Of a stretch of DNA of 64,000 nucleotides, positions 39,763-49,612 are shown in pieces. Both the position numbers and the translations under genes were made by a program. The notes under the pieces were generated by a model. It did no database searches, was not told where the DNA came from, and saw nothing but the letters and a program-made list of their open reading frames with translations. This DNA is from an uncultured Chlamydiae bacterium (GTDB taxonomy: Bacteria > Chlamydiota > Chlamydiia > Chlamydiales > Parachlamydiaceae), in contig CAVWGN010000001.1 in NCBI GenBank assembly GCA_963754655.1, positions 1,088,001 to 1,152,000 on the forward strand, given 5' to 3'. Each line of letters opens with the position of its first letter. Positions within the stretch are counted from its first letter, which is position 1.

Positions 39763-40491
39763 ATGAAAGAAGAATTATCTCCTGAGCTATCTTTATCTTT
39801 TAGTGACCTTCCTCATGATGAGCAATTGATTCGCGTCAAAAATTTGAGCTCTGACGAGGAATGGGCCCAAGGATTATTGTTAAGAGACGAGTGGGCAAAT
39901 TATTTAACTCACGGCATGGGCTTCATCCTCAGTTTGATTGGCTTTATTCTTTTAATGGAGACTCCCTTTCAAGAAAAAGATCATTGGAGGTTGTTGAACT
40001 TTGCCGTCTATGGCGGAAGCTTAATTTTGCTCTATGCGGCGTCAACTTTTTATCATGCAGTAAAACGTCCTAAGCTCAAAAGACTCTTCCGTACAGTCGA
40101 TCATTGTGCTATTTATCTGCTCATCGCTGGTTCTTATACCCCTTTTACTATGCTTGTATTGGGGGGTGTTTGGGGATGGATGCTCTTTGGGACGATTTGG
40201 AGTCTGGCTGCTCTTGGCATCTTCCTTAAAATTTTCTTCCAGCATCGATTTAAGATTTTATCATTAAGCCTCTATTTATTTATGGGATGGCTAGTTGTGA
40301 TTGCTATCGAGCCACTTATTGAACGTTTACACACTCAAGGATTGTATTGGGTGTTGGCAGGAGGAATATGCTATAGTGTTGGTGTAGTCTTTTATGCTTT
40401 AGATAAGCGTCGATTCTACCATGCAATTTGGCATTTATTTGTTCTGGGAGGAAGCATTTGTCATTATTACGCCGTTTTCTTTTACCTCTAA
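39763..40491 (+). CDS. Hemolysin III (PAQR) family membrane protein
   Basis: EWANYLTHG, STFYH, DHCAIYLLIAGSYTP, HAIWHLFV. Start approximate. Confidence 0.92.
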   Translation: MKEELSPELSLSFSDLPHDEQLIRVKNLSSDEEWAQGLLLRDEWANYLTHGMGFILSLIGFILLMETPFQEKDHWRLLNFAVYGGSLILLYAASTFYHAVKRPKLKRLFRTVDHCAIYLLIAGSYTPFTMLVLGGVWGWMLFGTIWSLAALGIFLKIFFQHRFKILSLSLYLFMGWLVVIAIEPLIERLHTQGLYWVLAGGICYSVGVVFYALDKRRFYHAIWHLFVLGGSICHYYAVFFYL

Positions 40492-40624
40492 GATTAAATA
40501 TCTGAAAACTGAAGTTTTGCAAAATTAATGTAATGAAGTACTAGAGGCTAGCAAGAACCTGTAAAAAGCTCTCGCCTTTAAACGACGGAATGATGGTTTG
40601 TAACCAGCCATCTGACTGAATGAT

Positions 40625-42274
40625 TCAAGACAATCTCTTGATCTTTTTTAGGCTTGTATCTGCATATTTAAGAGCATAGGCATTTTTCTGAACGGCAGCC
40701 AAGACAATCTCTTGATCTTTTTTAAGACTTGCGTCTGCATATTTAAGGGCCATGCCATCTTGCTGAACGGCAGCCAAGACAATCTCTCGATCTTTTTTAA
40801 GACCTTCCTCTGCATATTCAAGAGCAATGCCTTTCTGTTGAACAGCTGCCAATACAATGTCTGAATCTCTTTTAAGGCTTGCATCTGCAAATAAAAGAGC
40901 CTGGCCAGTTTGCTGAACAGCAGCCAGGACAATTTCTGAATCTTTTTTAAGGATTTTATCTGTAAACTGGAGAGTCCAGCCATTTTGCTTAACGGCAGCC
41001 AAGACAATCTCTCGATCTTTTTTAAGACTTGCATAGGCATATTGAAGAGCATAGCCATATTGTTTGACAGCAGTCAAGACAAAATTTCGATCTTTTTGAA
41101 GGCTTTCATCTGCAAATTTAAAAACATTGATACCTACACGATATTTTTGCTTAACGGCAGCCAAGACAATCTCTCGATCTTTTTTAAGGTTTCTATGTGC
41201 ATATTGAAGAGCATAGCCATATTGCATAACGGCAGCTAAAACAATCTCTCGATCTTCTTTAAGGCTTTCATGCGCCACTTGAAGAGCCAAGCCATATTGC
41301 TTAACGGCAGCCAAGACAATTTCCCGATCTTTTTTAAGGCTTTCATCTGCATATTGAAGAGCCCCACCATGTTTCTTAACGGCGATCAAGACAATCTGTC
41401 GATCTTTTTTAAAGCTTTCACCTGCATATTGAAGAGCGTATCCATACTCCTGAACCGCAGCTAAGACTATCTCTTGGTCTTTTTTAAGGTTTTCATTTAT
41501 GCATAAAAGAGCGCTGCCATTTTGCTGAACGGCAGCCAAGACAATCTCTCGATCTTTTTTAAGGCTTTCATCTATATCAAAAACAGAACGTCCAAAACAA
41601 TGAGCAACTTTAATCAAAAGTTTTTTATCGTTAAAATTGGAAGAGTTTTTAAGTGTGGAGATGACAGAGCTTTCTGCTTGCTGCCATGTTTGGCCTCGAC
41701 CACCATGGTAAACTTTTTGGATAAAGTCATTTTTGATAACATTTAATCTCTCGACATTCGTAGCTAATGCAAGAGAATTTAAAATAGACAATTGCTCTTC
41801 AGTCATACGTTGGATATTTTCATTGGCGCTCTTTTTGCAAACTTCAAGATTCCAAGAATAGCGATCCAAAAGAGAAAGAAATAAACTCTTTGGGTGAAAT
41901 AATTTTGAATCAATCATTAATAATTTTTCAAAGCCATGGATACTATGGACCCAATCAATCAATTTAAATTCTTGAGATGTAAAATGATTCTTTTTTTCAG
42001 TTGCAATACACTCTTGGAGATTCATAATGGTGGATCGATCTTTATCTTTAAGTTGAAAAAGGACTTGCACCAAAGAAATGCAAGGAGTCTTCTCAAGAAC
42101 ATTTTTCCATTTTTTACAAGTGAGCAAAATAGAAGAAAGATCGCGCAAAGATTGGTTTTGGTTCACCACTTGATCAAAAATATTTCCTAACACATCCTTA
42201 AGAAGTAATGTGTCTAATAAAGTTTCGTTTGAAGTGTTTTGAATTATTTTTGAATGAAAGGCAAGAGTTTGCAT
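40625..42274 (-). CDS. F-box-like + DUF4116 25-aa repeat protein, C-terminus frameshifted/truncated
   Basis: LLLKDVLGNIF...LSSILLTCKKWKNV (F-box-like); about 12 repeats ALQYADESLKKDREIVLAAVKQYG; last repeat slips frame (KKIKRLS). Confidence 0.8.
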   Translation of the reverse strand: MQTLAFHSKIIQNTSNETLLDTLLLKDVLGNIFDQVVNQNQSLRDLSSILLTCKKWKNVLEKTPCISLVQVLFQLKDKDRSTIMNLQECIATEKKNHFTSQEFKLIDWVHSIHGFEKLLMIDSKLFHPKSLFLSLLDRYSWNLEVCKKSANENIQRMTEEQLSILNSLALATNVERLNVIKNDFIQKVYHGGRGQTWQQAESSVISTLKNSSNFNDKKLLIKVAHCFGRSVFDIDESLKKDREIVLAAVQQNGSALLCINENLKKDQEIVLAAVQEYGYALQYAGESFKKDRQIVLIAVKKHGGALQYADESLKKDREIVLAAVKQYGLALQVAHESLKEDREIVLAAVMQYGYALQYAHRNLKKDREIVLAAVKQKYRVGINVFKFADESLQKDRNFVLTAVKQYGYALQYAYASLKKDREIVLAAVKQNGWTLQFTDKILKKDSEIVLAAVQQTGQALLFADASLKRDSDIVLAAVQQKGIALEYAEEGLKKDREIVLAAVQQDGMALKYADASLKKDQEIVLAAVQKNAYALKYADTSLKKIKRLS

Positions 42275-42440
42275 AATGATTCTCTAATTAAATCATTTAT
42301 TTTAATTTTTATGCTAAATTTATGTAAATTTTATGATGCATAATTTTATATTTAATTTTATAAGTCAATAATTAGTTTTATATTTTTAAAATCGCGTGAA
42401 GGACAGCCTAATCCAATTTTTTAAAACGGTTAGAGCTATC

Positions 42441-42518
42441 TTGCTTAAAGGCAGACAAGACAATCTCTCGATCTTTTTAAAGCTTTCGTTTATATCAAAA
42501 ACAGAATATCCAAAACAT
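42441..42518 (-). pseudogene. Fragment duplicated from the DUF4116 gene
   Basis: Aligns to 41522-41599 (CAAGACAATCTCTCGATCTTTTT...TATATCAAAAACAGAA..TCCAAAACA). Confidence 0.7.
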
Positions 42519-42533
42519 TTGATAGTAGGAAAA

Positions 42534-43637
42534 ATGCGGATCCTTAAAAGTTTACTTCTTTTTATCTTTATTGTTTTTAGTGTACCCATCTCTGGCGCTT
42601 GTTACTCATATTTGCCTCCTCGTTTTGCTTCTTCTATTTATTCATCAATGGTTTGGATTCCAGGTGGAGAATTTACAATGGGATCGGATAGCCAAGAAGC
42701 AAAGAATGATGAAAAACCTCCTCATCGAGTTAAGGTAAGTGGATTTTGGATAGATGCAACCCCCGTTACGAATCGTCAATTTAAAGAATTTGTGGATGCG
42801 ACGGGATATGTCACCACGGCAGAAAAGGCTCCTACGATGGAAGAAATTATGAGACAAGTACCTCCAGGAACACCAAAACCTTCAACGGAATTACTTGTTC
42901 CCGCTTCATTGGTTTTTAAGCCTTCGAGCCGTCCTGTTTCCCTTACCCAACCTAACCTGTGGTGGGAGTGGAAACTTGGAGCTAATTGGAAGCATCCAGA
43001 AGGTCCTGACAGTTCTCTTAAAGGTAAAGAAAATCATCCTGTTGTTCATGTTTCATGGTTTGATGCTGTTGCTTATGCAAAATGGGCTGGTAAAAGACTT
43101 CCTACAGAGGCTGAATGGGAATTTGCAGCTTATGGAGGTAGAGAAAATATTAAATATGTTTGGGGAAATGAAGAATTTTCAGAAGAAAAACCACAAGCCA
43201 ATATTTGGCAGGGAAAATTCCCCTACAAAAGCACAAAAGTAAAGGATGGCTTTGGTACAACAGAAGTCAAAACGTATCTTCCTAATCCTTATGGGCTTTA
43301 TGATATGGTAGGGAATGTATGGCAATGGTGTTCAGATTTTTACCATGCGTCTCATTACGCTCAGGAAAAAGAAAAAGGTTTGTCTATCGATCCCACAGGT
43401 CCAACAGCAAGTTTTGATCCGGAAGAACCTTATACAAGCAAAAGAGTTCATCGTGGAGGATCCTTTTTATGTCACCATAGCTATTGTAAAGGATATCGCA
43501 TCACAGCACGTATGAAAACATGTCCTGACACAAGTTTAAACCATTTAGGTTTTCGTTGCGTGACCAGAAATGAGACATGGAAGGACAAGCAAGAGAAGCA
43601 AGCCAATCAACAGACTGCCTCCACTATTTCAAATTAG
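42534..43637 (+). CDS. Formylglycine-generating enzyme (SUMF1) family protein
   Basis: FTMGS, HPVVHVSWFDA, RLPTEAEWE, GNVWQW, RGGSFLCHHSYC, GFRC. Start moved to 42534 (AGGA RBS, signal peptide). Confidence 0.92.
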   Translation: MRILKSLLLFIFIVFSVPISGACYSYLPPRFASSIYSSMVWIPGGEFTMGSDSQEAKNDEKPPHRVKVSGFWIDATPVTNRQFKEFVDATGYVTTAEKAPTMEEIMRQVPPGTPKPSTELLVPASLVFKPSSRPVSLTQPNLWWEWKLGANWKHPEGPDSSLKGKENHPVVHVSWFDAVAYAKWAGKRLPTEAEWEFAAYGGRENIKYVWGNEEFSEEKPQANIWQGKFPYKSTKVKDGFGTTEVKTYLPNPYGLYDMVGNVWQWCSDFYHASHYAQEKEKGLSIDPTGPTASFDPEEPYTSKRVHRGGSFLCHHSYCKGYRITARMKTCPDTSLNHLGFRCVTRNETWKDKQEKQANQQTASTISN

Positions 43638-43667
43638 TGTTTTTGATTAATCTCTGATTCCAAGATA

Positions 43668-45437
43668 TTAGCCACGTAAATTGGCGGCTAATTTTAAATA
43701 CATGGCAACATCATTTTCAACTAACTGCAAAGCCCCTTCCCAAAATTGAGACTCTTCTAGTTTAACACCAAGATGACGATAAGCGAGTTCTTCCGTAGAT
43801 AAGCTGCCTGAATCACGTAAAAGCGAAGCATAAGCTTTTTCAGCATCTTTTTTCTGCTTGAGATGAGCATAAATGCCTTGGCTGAAGAGATAGCCAAATG
43901 TATAGGGAAAATTGTAAAAGGGAACTTCAGTAAAATAGAAATGCTGTTTGGCAACCCAAAAGTGAGGATGCCATTTTGCTAAGGCATTGCCAAAAGCTTT
44001 TTGTTGAGCTTTTTCCATTAAAATATTTAAATCTTTTGCTAATACAAAGCCTTTGCGGCGTTCTTGATAAAAATCGAGTTCAAAGAGAAAGCGGGCGTGA
44101 ATATTCATTAAAAAAATGACAGCTCGTTGCAATTTGTTGTCAAGTAAAGCTAATTGAATCGCGGGAGTTCGAGATTGTTTGATCATCGAATCGATAATGA
44201 CCATTTCTGCTAGCGTGGAAGCTGTTTCAGCAACGTTCATGCGATATTGCTGTGCAAAAAGAGAAAGATTGCGCATTTCATAGCTGTGATAGGCGTGCCC
44301 TAATTCATGAGCGAGCGTAAAGACGTTATTCATGGTTCCGCTATAAGTCATAAAAATGCGGCTTTGCTTTGCATGTAGCAGAGGAGCACAAAACCCGCTT
44401 GGACGCTTACCAGAGCGATCTTCGGCTTCAATCCAACGTTGTTCAAATGCTAGTTGAGCAAAATTGCCCATAGCAGGGCTAAAATCAGTGAAATGTTGAA
44501 TAATGAACTGAGCGGCTTCATCGAAGGATATTTGAGATTCTGAGCCAAAAGGTAAAGGGGCATCCAGATCATACCAGGCTAATTGTTTGATTCCTAGAAG
44601 TTGAGCTTTGCAAACGAAGTATTCTTGTAGAATTCCTTTATGTTTTTCAATAGTTTGCCACATGGTTTGAAGGGTTTTTTCTTGCATACGATTGCAAAAA
44701 AGCGGTTCTTGAAGAAGAGAAGACCATTCTCTAGCAGTATAGAGATTCAAGCGAAATCCCGCTAAGTGATTGATCATTTGCGCAGCCAGATTTTCGTGCG
44801 TTTCCCACGTCTCTTCCCAGCGCTCAAACCAAGCTTGTCGGATGCCTCGATCGGGATGAAAAAGACGATTCTCTGCTTGCCCAACGGAAAGAGCCTCTTC
44901 TGATGGAAAAGGAGAGGAAATGCGCAAATGGCCAATAAAAGCATCATAAATATCATGCCAGCCTTGATAGCCATCTATACCCAATTGATGGGCAAGGCGT
45001 TCTTGTTCAACAGGTAGCTTTTCTTTTGACTGTTGGCGTCTTTCTCTTAAGGAGAAGGCTATCGGTTGAATCTCTGGATCGGCAAGTAAGTTGACGAATG
45101 TCTTTTCATCAAGCTGAAAAAGGAGTGCATTCAATTCTTCTCCTAAGGAATCACAGTTTGCTTTTAATTGAGTAATTTGGCTTTGTAGTTGAAGAGCTTC
45201 TTGATCTTCAACATTTTGTGATAAAAGACAGCCGATGAAATATTGAAGATCTCGGCAGTGGCCTTCTAACTCTTGAAAGTGAAGGATCCCCTTTTTAATA
45301 TCAGAAAGTTGTTTCAAGTTGCGTTTGAAGCTTTGCAGCTGATGTTTCAAATGGTGCAAAGCGGAGTGCAATGCAGGAGATTGACTGCCCCCTGGAAAAA
45401 GGGAATCTAAGTTCCAATTAAGAGAAAAGGTTGTCAT
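43668..45437 (-). CDS. pepF: M3B oligoendopeptidase F
   Basis: TLAHELGHAYH, AETAST, FYNFPYTFG. Confidence 0.92.
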   Translation of the reverse strand: MTTFSLNWNLDSLFPGGSQSPALHSALHHLKHQLQSFKRNLKQLSDIKKGILHFQELEGHCRDLQYFIGCLLSQNVEDQEALQLQSQITQLKANCDSLGEELNALLFQLDEKTFVNLLADPEIQPIAFSLRERRQQSKEKLPVEQERLAHQLGIDGYQGWHDIYDAFIGHLRISSPFPSEEALSVGQAENRLFHPDRGIRQAWFERWEETWETHENLAAQMINHLAGFRLNLYTAREWSSLLQEPLFCNRMQEKTLQTMWQTIEKHKGILQEYFVCKAQLLGIKQLAWYDLDAPLPFGSESQISFDEAAQFIIQHFTDFSPAMGNFAQLAFEQRWIEAEDRSGKRPSGFCAPLLHAKQSRIFMTYSGTMNNVFTLAHELGHAYHSYEMRNLSLFAQQYRMNVAETASTLAEMVIIDSMIKQSRTPAIQLALLDNKLQRAVIFLMNIHARFLFELDFYQERRKGFVLAKDLNILMEKAQQKAFGNALAKWHPHFWVAKQHFYFTEVPFYNFPYTFGYLFSQGIYAHLKQKKDAEKAYASLLRDSGSLSTEELAYRHLGVKLEESQFWEGALQLVENDVAMYLKLAANLRG

Positions 45438-45578
45438 AGCAAATGTTTAGGTTTATTCCATGCATAGAGTAAAAAAAAATTAAAGAAATGGAATGTTTTT
45501 GATATTTCGTTTTTCAGCTCTCTTGCCATTCTAACAGGTTCTGCTTTTGTTGCCTTTCAATTTCTTTATCGACTGATT
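45433..45578 (+). pseudogene. Decayed copy of the DUF1622 gene 5' region
   Basis: 45522-45578 matches 49141-49197 at 51/57 nt; 45433-45485 resembles 48978-49032. Confidence 0.7.
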
Positions 45579-45628
45579 TATAGGGGTGCAATTAAAAGTG
45601 GAAGTTTACAAGGTGAGGTTCCACATTC

Positions 45629-46731
45629 TAGTACTCAACCACATTAGTTTTTGCCCATTGGAACCGCTTCAAAGCCTTGGGATTGGGATGAGATGATTCT
45701 CTTGTAGTCCTTCAGACTACATGACGATGGAGAATCTAAACCAGGGCGATGCCCTGGGCTATTTTTATTTGAAGCCTTTCAGGCTCTAAACATTGGACAT
45801 TTTTAGAAGACCTTCTTCTATAACGATTGTAGGGCCCATGCCTATTAAATAGTACATACTCCACATCATTTTAGAGATGGTTAACAAACAAGATGTCTCA
45901 TGTTCAGAGCCTGAAAGGCTTCAAATAAAATAGCCCAGGGCCGGGAATTAACAAAGAACTGTTTTTGGGCTTGATATTCTTCATGTCAATTTAACAATAC
46001 CCCGCCTGTAACAGGCTTTAAAGGCATACTTCCCGAAAATGACGGAAAAACATCAAAGCCCAAAACAGTTCTTTGTTAAGTCCCGGCCATAGGCTAGGAA
46101 CGAAATGCTTTTGGCAAACTCCAGAAGCTAAATTTGTCGCTCAAGCGGCGTTAGCCGCGCATGGATAGTAGCCGTGGGTGTAGGCGCAAGCCGGAACCCA
46201 CGGTGTATGGTAAAAAAAATGAAGCCACGTTAGTGGCGTAGGAAATGTGATTGTGGAGCAATTTTTATTTAAACGAATGCTACGCCACTAACGTGGCTCA
46301 AATTTGTTTTTTGGGTAACCGTGGGTTTCGGCTTGCGCCTACACCCACGGCTACTATCCATGCGCGGCTAACGCCGCTCGTCGCTGAGGGAAAGGATATG
46401 GATCAAGCAACATTGCAAAAACAAAGATAAAAAATTCCGATTACCTAGCCATATGCCGGGACTTAACAAAGAACTGTTTTGGGCTTGATGTTTTTCGCGT
46501 TATTTTCGATAAATATGCCTCTAAAGCCTGTTAAAGGCGGGGTATTGTTAAATTGACACGAAGAATATCAAGCCAAAAAACAGTTCTTTGTTAAGTCCCG
46601 GCCCTGGGCATCGCTCTGGGTTAGATTAGCCCTCGTCATGTAGTCTGAGGGACTACAAGAAAATCATCTCATCCCAATCCCAAAGCTTTGAAGCACTCCC
46701 AATAGGCTAAAACTAATGTAATGGAGTACTA
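45629..46731. mobile_element. 1.1-kb nested palindromic composite
   Basis: Outer IR 45629-45758 / 46602-46731; inner hairpin 45751-45941; two inverted 144-bp self-palindromic units 45942-46085 and 46457-46600; central palindrome 46144-46378. Confidence 0.9.
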
Positions 46732-46796
46732 CTACTCCTTCAAGCAGGCGATACGATCAAGCTATCTTATGACAACGATGTTATGATTGAGATTTA

Positions 46797-48248
46797 TTAA
46801 TAGGTTTCTTTCACTTGAAGCTCGGTGCCAAGAGCTGCTCCCAAAAAATCCAATCCTAGGGCTTGACAGATCCCATTTTTCATTTGGGAATCAACCATGT
46901 CCCAATCTATCACTTGGTTTGAGGAGCCCCAAAGAGCATTAAATTGATCGTTATACTTATTAAGATTGCTTTCATCGGTGGTGAATTTAGGATTGAATTG
47001 ATTTGTCTCTTGAGTTCTTGTCGACCAAAGAGCCTTGACTGTAGCTGAGATATTCGCGTTAAAATCTATTTCGAATAAAGCTTTAATCTTTGACGAATCC
47101 ATATAGCGAACAAGAGCACCCAGTCCACCAAAATAGTCAACGCCATAAGCGGAGCAATAGCTTGACGGAAAAAAAGGTTCATAAAAGATGCCATCGTCTT
47201 TTCCTATGAGCGCCAATTGTACTCCGTGGACGAGCTTTTGAAGGGTGTCTTTTACCTTCGTCTCAAATTCGTTTTTGTTAAATTTCCATTCCGGATGATA
47301 TTTACTATATTCAGCCAGGTCATCTTTTAAATTCAATAAGTCTATGAGCGCACTGATCAGAATTCCCTGGTCTCCTGACCAGAGCCATTCTTTAGACCCG
47401 TCGGGATGTGTCATATCTTGATAATTAGAGCCTGTGGAAAAGTCTAAAGGCCGTTCATGTACAAGCGCCGCATTGTCGTTTCCTATGAGAGGCTTTAAAT
47501 ATTCATTATCTCCTTTTAGATCGATCCATTTCGAAAACCATAACCACTGACAATAAGCCATATCGAGAAAACGCTCCCGATTAGGTTGTTTTTTTTGATT
47601 GTAAACGCTATACAAACGGGTTGAAAGGAGTAAAAGCAAGGCGTTAATGATCGTGTTTTTCACACCTTCTTTTGGTGATTCAGCGTCATTATTTCGGCAA
47701 CCATGGCCAACAGGCGTAGAATCTGGGCTTGTGTCATCATAGGCATTTTCAATGATGTATTCCCAACAGGATGTTGTTGCAAGATTTAAATATTTTTGTG
47801 CGAGCTCTTCATTTTTCAAACTCTTCAGATGCTTATAAGCATTAAGTGCCATTAACCCCCACCAGCCGAAATCGTCACACCACTCTTTATCACGATCCGT
47901 TTTCTCAAAGTAAACTAAGTTCTGGCCTAAAATCTCTTGGATTTTTTGGCTGATCTTTTCCACTTCTGAATCATAAGGATAGCGTCTCATGAGCATTTCT
48001 AAGAAAGAAAGGTAGGCATCACATGTATTGGCCCTTTTCCAAAAATTGTCAAAATCCCAAACATCGTAGAAACGTTTGCACGCCTCTATTGAATAAGATT
48101 TTAGATCATCATCAGAAAGCAAACAGCTATTTTCGGTACGTTCCACTTCAACTTTTGACTTCTTCTCACTCTTACCTACAGCTCCTGTTTGATTCAACCA
48201 ATCTAGAGTTGGCAAAGAAAATCCACCATAACCCACGCCCCACGCCAT
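46797..48248 (-). CDS. Glycoside hydrolase family 76-like protein
   Basis: WCDDFGWWGL (adjacent DD), KNTIINA and WSGDQG match the GH76 yDD..W, KN.i.N and w.yNQG motifs. Start at ATG 48248 after GGAGG. Confidence 0.65.
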   Translation of the reverse strand: MAWGVGYGGFSLPTLDWLNQTGAVGKSEKKSKVEVERTENSCLLSDDDLKSYSIEACKRFYDVWDFDNFWKRANTCDAYLSFLEMLMRRYPYDSEVEKISQKIQEILGQNLVYFEKTDRDKEWCDDFGWWGLMALNAYKHLKSLKNEELAQKYLNLATTSCWEYIIENAYDDTSPDSTPVGHGCRNNDAESPKEGVKNTIINALLLLLSTRLYSVYNQKKQPNRERFLDMAYCQWLWFSKWIDLKGDNEYLKPLIGNDNAALVHERPLDFSTGSNYQDMTHPDGSKEWLWSGDQGILISALIDLLNLKDDLAEYSKYHPEWKFNKNEFETKVKDTLQKLVHGVQLALIGKDDGIFYEPFFPSSYCSAYGVDYFGGLGALVRYMDSSKIKALFEIDFNANISATVKALWSTRTQETNQFNPKFTTDESNLNKYNDQFNALWGSSNQVIDWDMVDSQMKNGICQALGLDFLGAALGTELQVKETY

Positions 48249-48426
48249 ACTTCCTCCCACATTTTTGTCTTAAGCGAACTCATATATAATTAAGAATTTT
48301 AATGTCAAAAACTTTTGAGTGTTAGGCGCATCTAGTACTCGATTTTCTTTTCTAGAAAATGGATTTTAACTCCAATTTTGACATTTAAATGATCTAGAAT
48401 TCGTAAGTTAATTTTTAATTTTTTGC

Positions 48427-48856
48427 GCGGGAGTTCTAGATTGTTTGATCCTCGAATCCATAATGACCATTTCTGCTAGCGTGGAAGCTGTTTCAGCAGG
48501 GTGTGATTAAATCTGAGACTTTATATTTTTTAGCAGATTGATACGAAATGATAGGGCGGCGGTAGCCGCTTTCAGTGGGAAGCCCCGTATGAAGCGAGCT
48601 TGCGAGCGGAATGCGGGGTGGGCATCAATAAAATATAAACCGCGGAAGCGGTGGGAGGGATCTTACGCTGCTTCCGCAGCTCAATGCTATCGTGCCTACA
48701 CCCCGCATTCCGCTCGCAAGCTCGCTTCATACGGGGCTTCCCACTGAAAGCGGCTACCGCCGCCCTATCATTTCGTATCAATCTGCTAAAAAATATAAAG
48801 TCTCAGATTTAATCACACCCGTTTCAGCAACGTTCATGCGATATTGCTGTGCAAAA
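48427..48856 (-). pseudogene. 99-bp duplicate of pepF interior, split by a MITE
   Basis: 48427-48498 plus 48830-48856 equals 44161-44259 with 3 mismatches. Confidence 0.9.
48499..48820. mobile_element. 322-bp palindromic MITE with 9-bp TSD
   Basis: Perfect 122-bp arms (48499-48620 / 48699-48820), ends GGGTGTGATTAAATC, flanked by GTTTCAGCA at 48490-48498 and 48821-48829. Confidence 0.95.
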
Positions 48857-49038
48857 TTTTCTTAATTAAACCAAATCTTCGTCTCTTTTTTAATTGATGA
48901 TCGCCCTAATAAAATCTTGTCCGAATGTGTTAGAGGTCTATTTTTTGGAAGCATGGTTTTTTCTTCTATTTTTCAAAGTCATAGCGAATTTTTTTAGATT
49001 TATTATATACATAGAATAAATGACAACTAAAGGCTAAT

Positions 49039-49464
49039 ATGTTTGATTTCATTTCGATGTTTCAGTTTTCAGCGGATTCAATTACTGCTCTCGATGATAT
49101 TCTCACTCTTGTCAAGCACTTAATGACGCTGTTTGGGTCGCTTGTCATTCTAATAGGTTCTCTTTTTGTTGCCTTTCAATTTCTTTATCGCTTGATTCAT
49201 AGCCGTCATCAACAGTTGCTTAACTTTGATTTAGCCAGGCTGGGCCTCACGCGGTCTATTATTTTAGGGCTCGAATTTATCATTGCAGCAGATGTCATTC
49301 AAACGACAACGACACCTGATTATTATGCTGTAGGCATTCTTGCTGCAGTTGCTTTGATTCGAGCTTTTCTAAATTATTCTTTGACTAAGGATCTCGCCTC
49401 TTTGAGTCAGCGGGAAAAACAGGAAAAAGAGCAGATGGCTCGTCGAGAAGTGGAAAATTCTTAA
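49039..49464 (+). CDS. DUF1622 family membrane protein
   Basis: RLGLTRSIILGLEFIIAADVIQT...IRAFLNYSL. Confidence 0.85.
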   Translation: MFDFISMFQFSADSITALDDILTLVKHLMTLFGSLVILIGSLFVAFQFLYRLIHSRHQQLLNFDLARLGLTRSIILGLEFIIAADVIQTTTTPDYYAVGILAAVALIRAFLNYSLTKDLASLSQREKQEKEQMARREVENS

Positions 49465-49557
49465 GAAAAAGAATCGAATTTGCACAACTTTAGTTATCAT
49501 CTCGCCTTACGTAAGCGAGGTCAAAAAATTAGTGTAATCCCATGTGTACGCATCCTC

Positions 49558-49607
49558 ATGAATGAGGATATGAACATGCATTATGAATGAGGATATGAAC
49601 ATGCATT
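49558..49607. repeat. 25-bp tandem duplication
   Basis: ATGAATGAGGATATGAACATGCATT x2. Confidence 0.85.
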
Positions 49608-49612
49608 CAGTA

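Noticed and set aside
40625..41600. 75-bp periodic repeats and overlapping alternative-frame ORFs
   Set aside because: Explained by DUF4116 protein repeats; the other frames are shadows.
42396..42533. 46-aa N-terminal extension of the FGE protein
   Set aside because: It is mostly the antisense of a DUF4116 fragment; the RBS and signal peptide point to a start at 42534.
45629..46731. Integron attC array or structured ncRNA/tRNA
   Set aside because: No integrase, no cassette ORFs between hairpins, and no cloverleaf; symmetry and flanking duplications fit DNA elements better.
48538..48781. Two mirror 69-aa ORFs with identical N-termini
   Set aside because: Artefact of the perfect inverted arms of the MITE.
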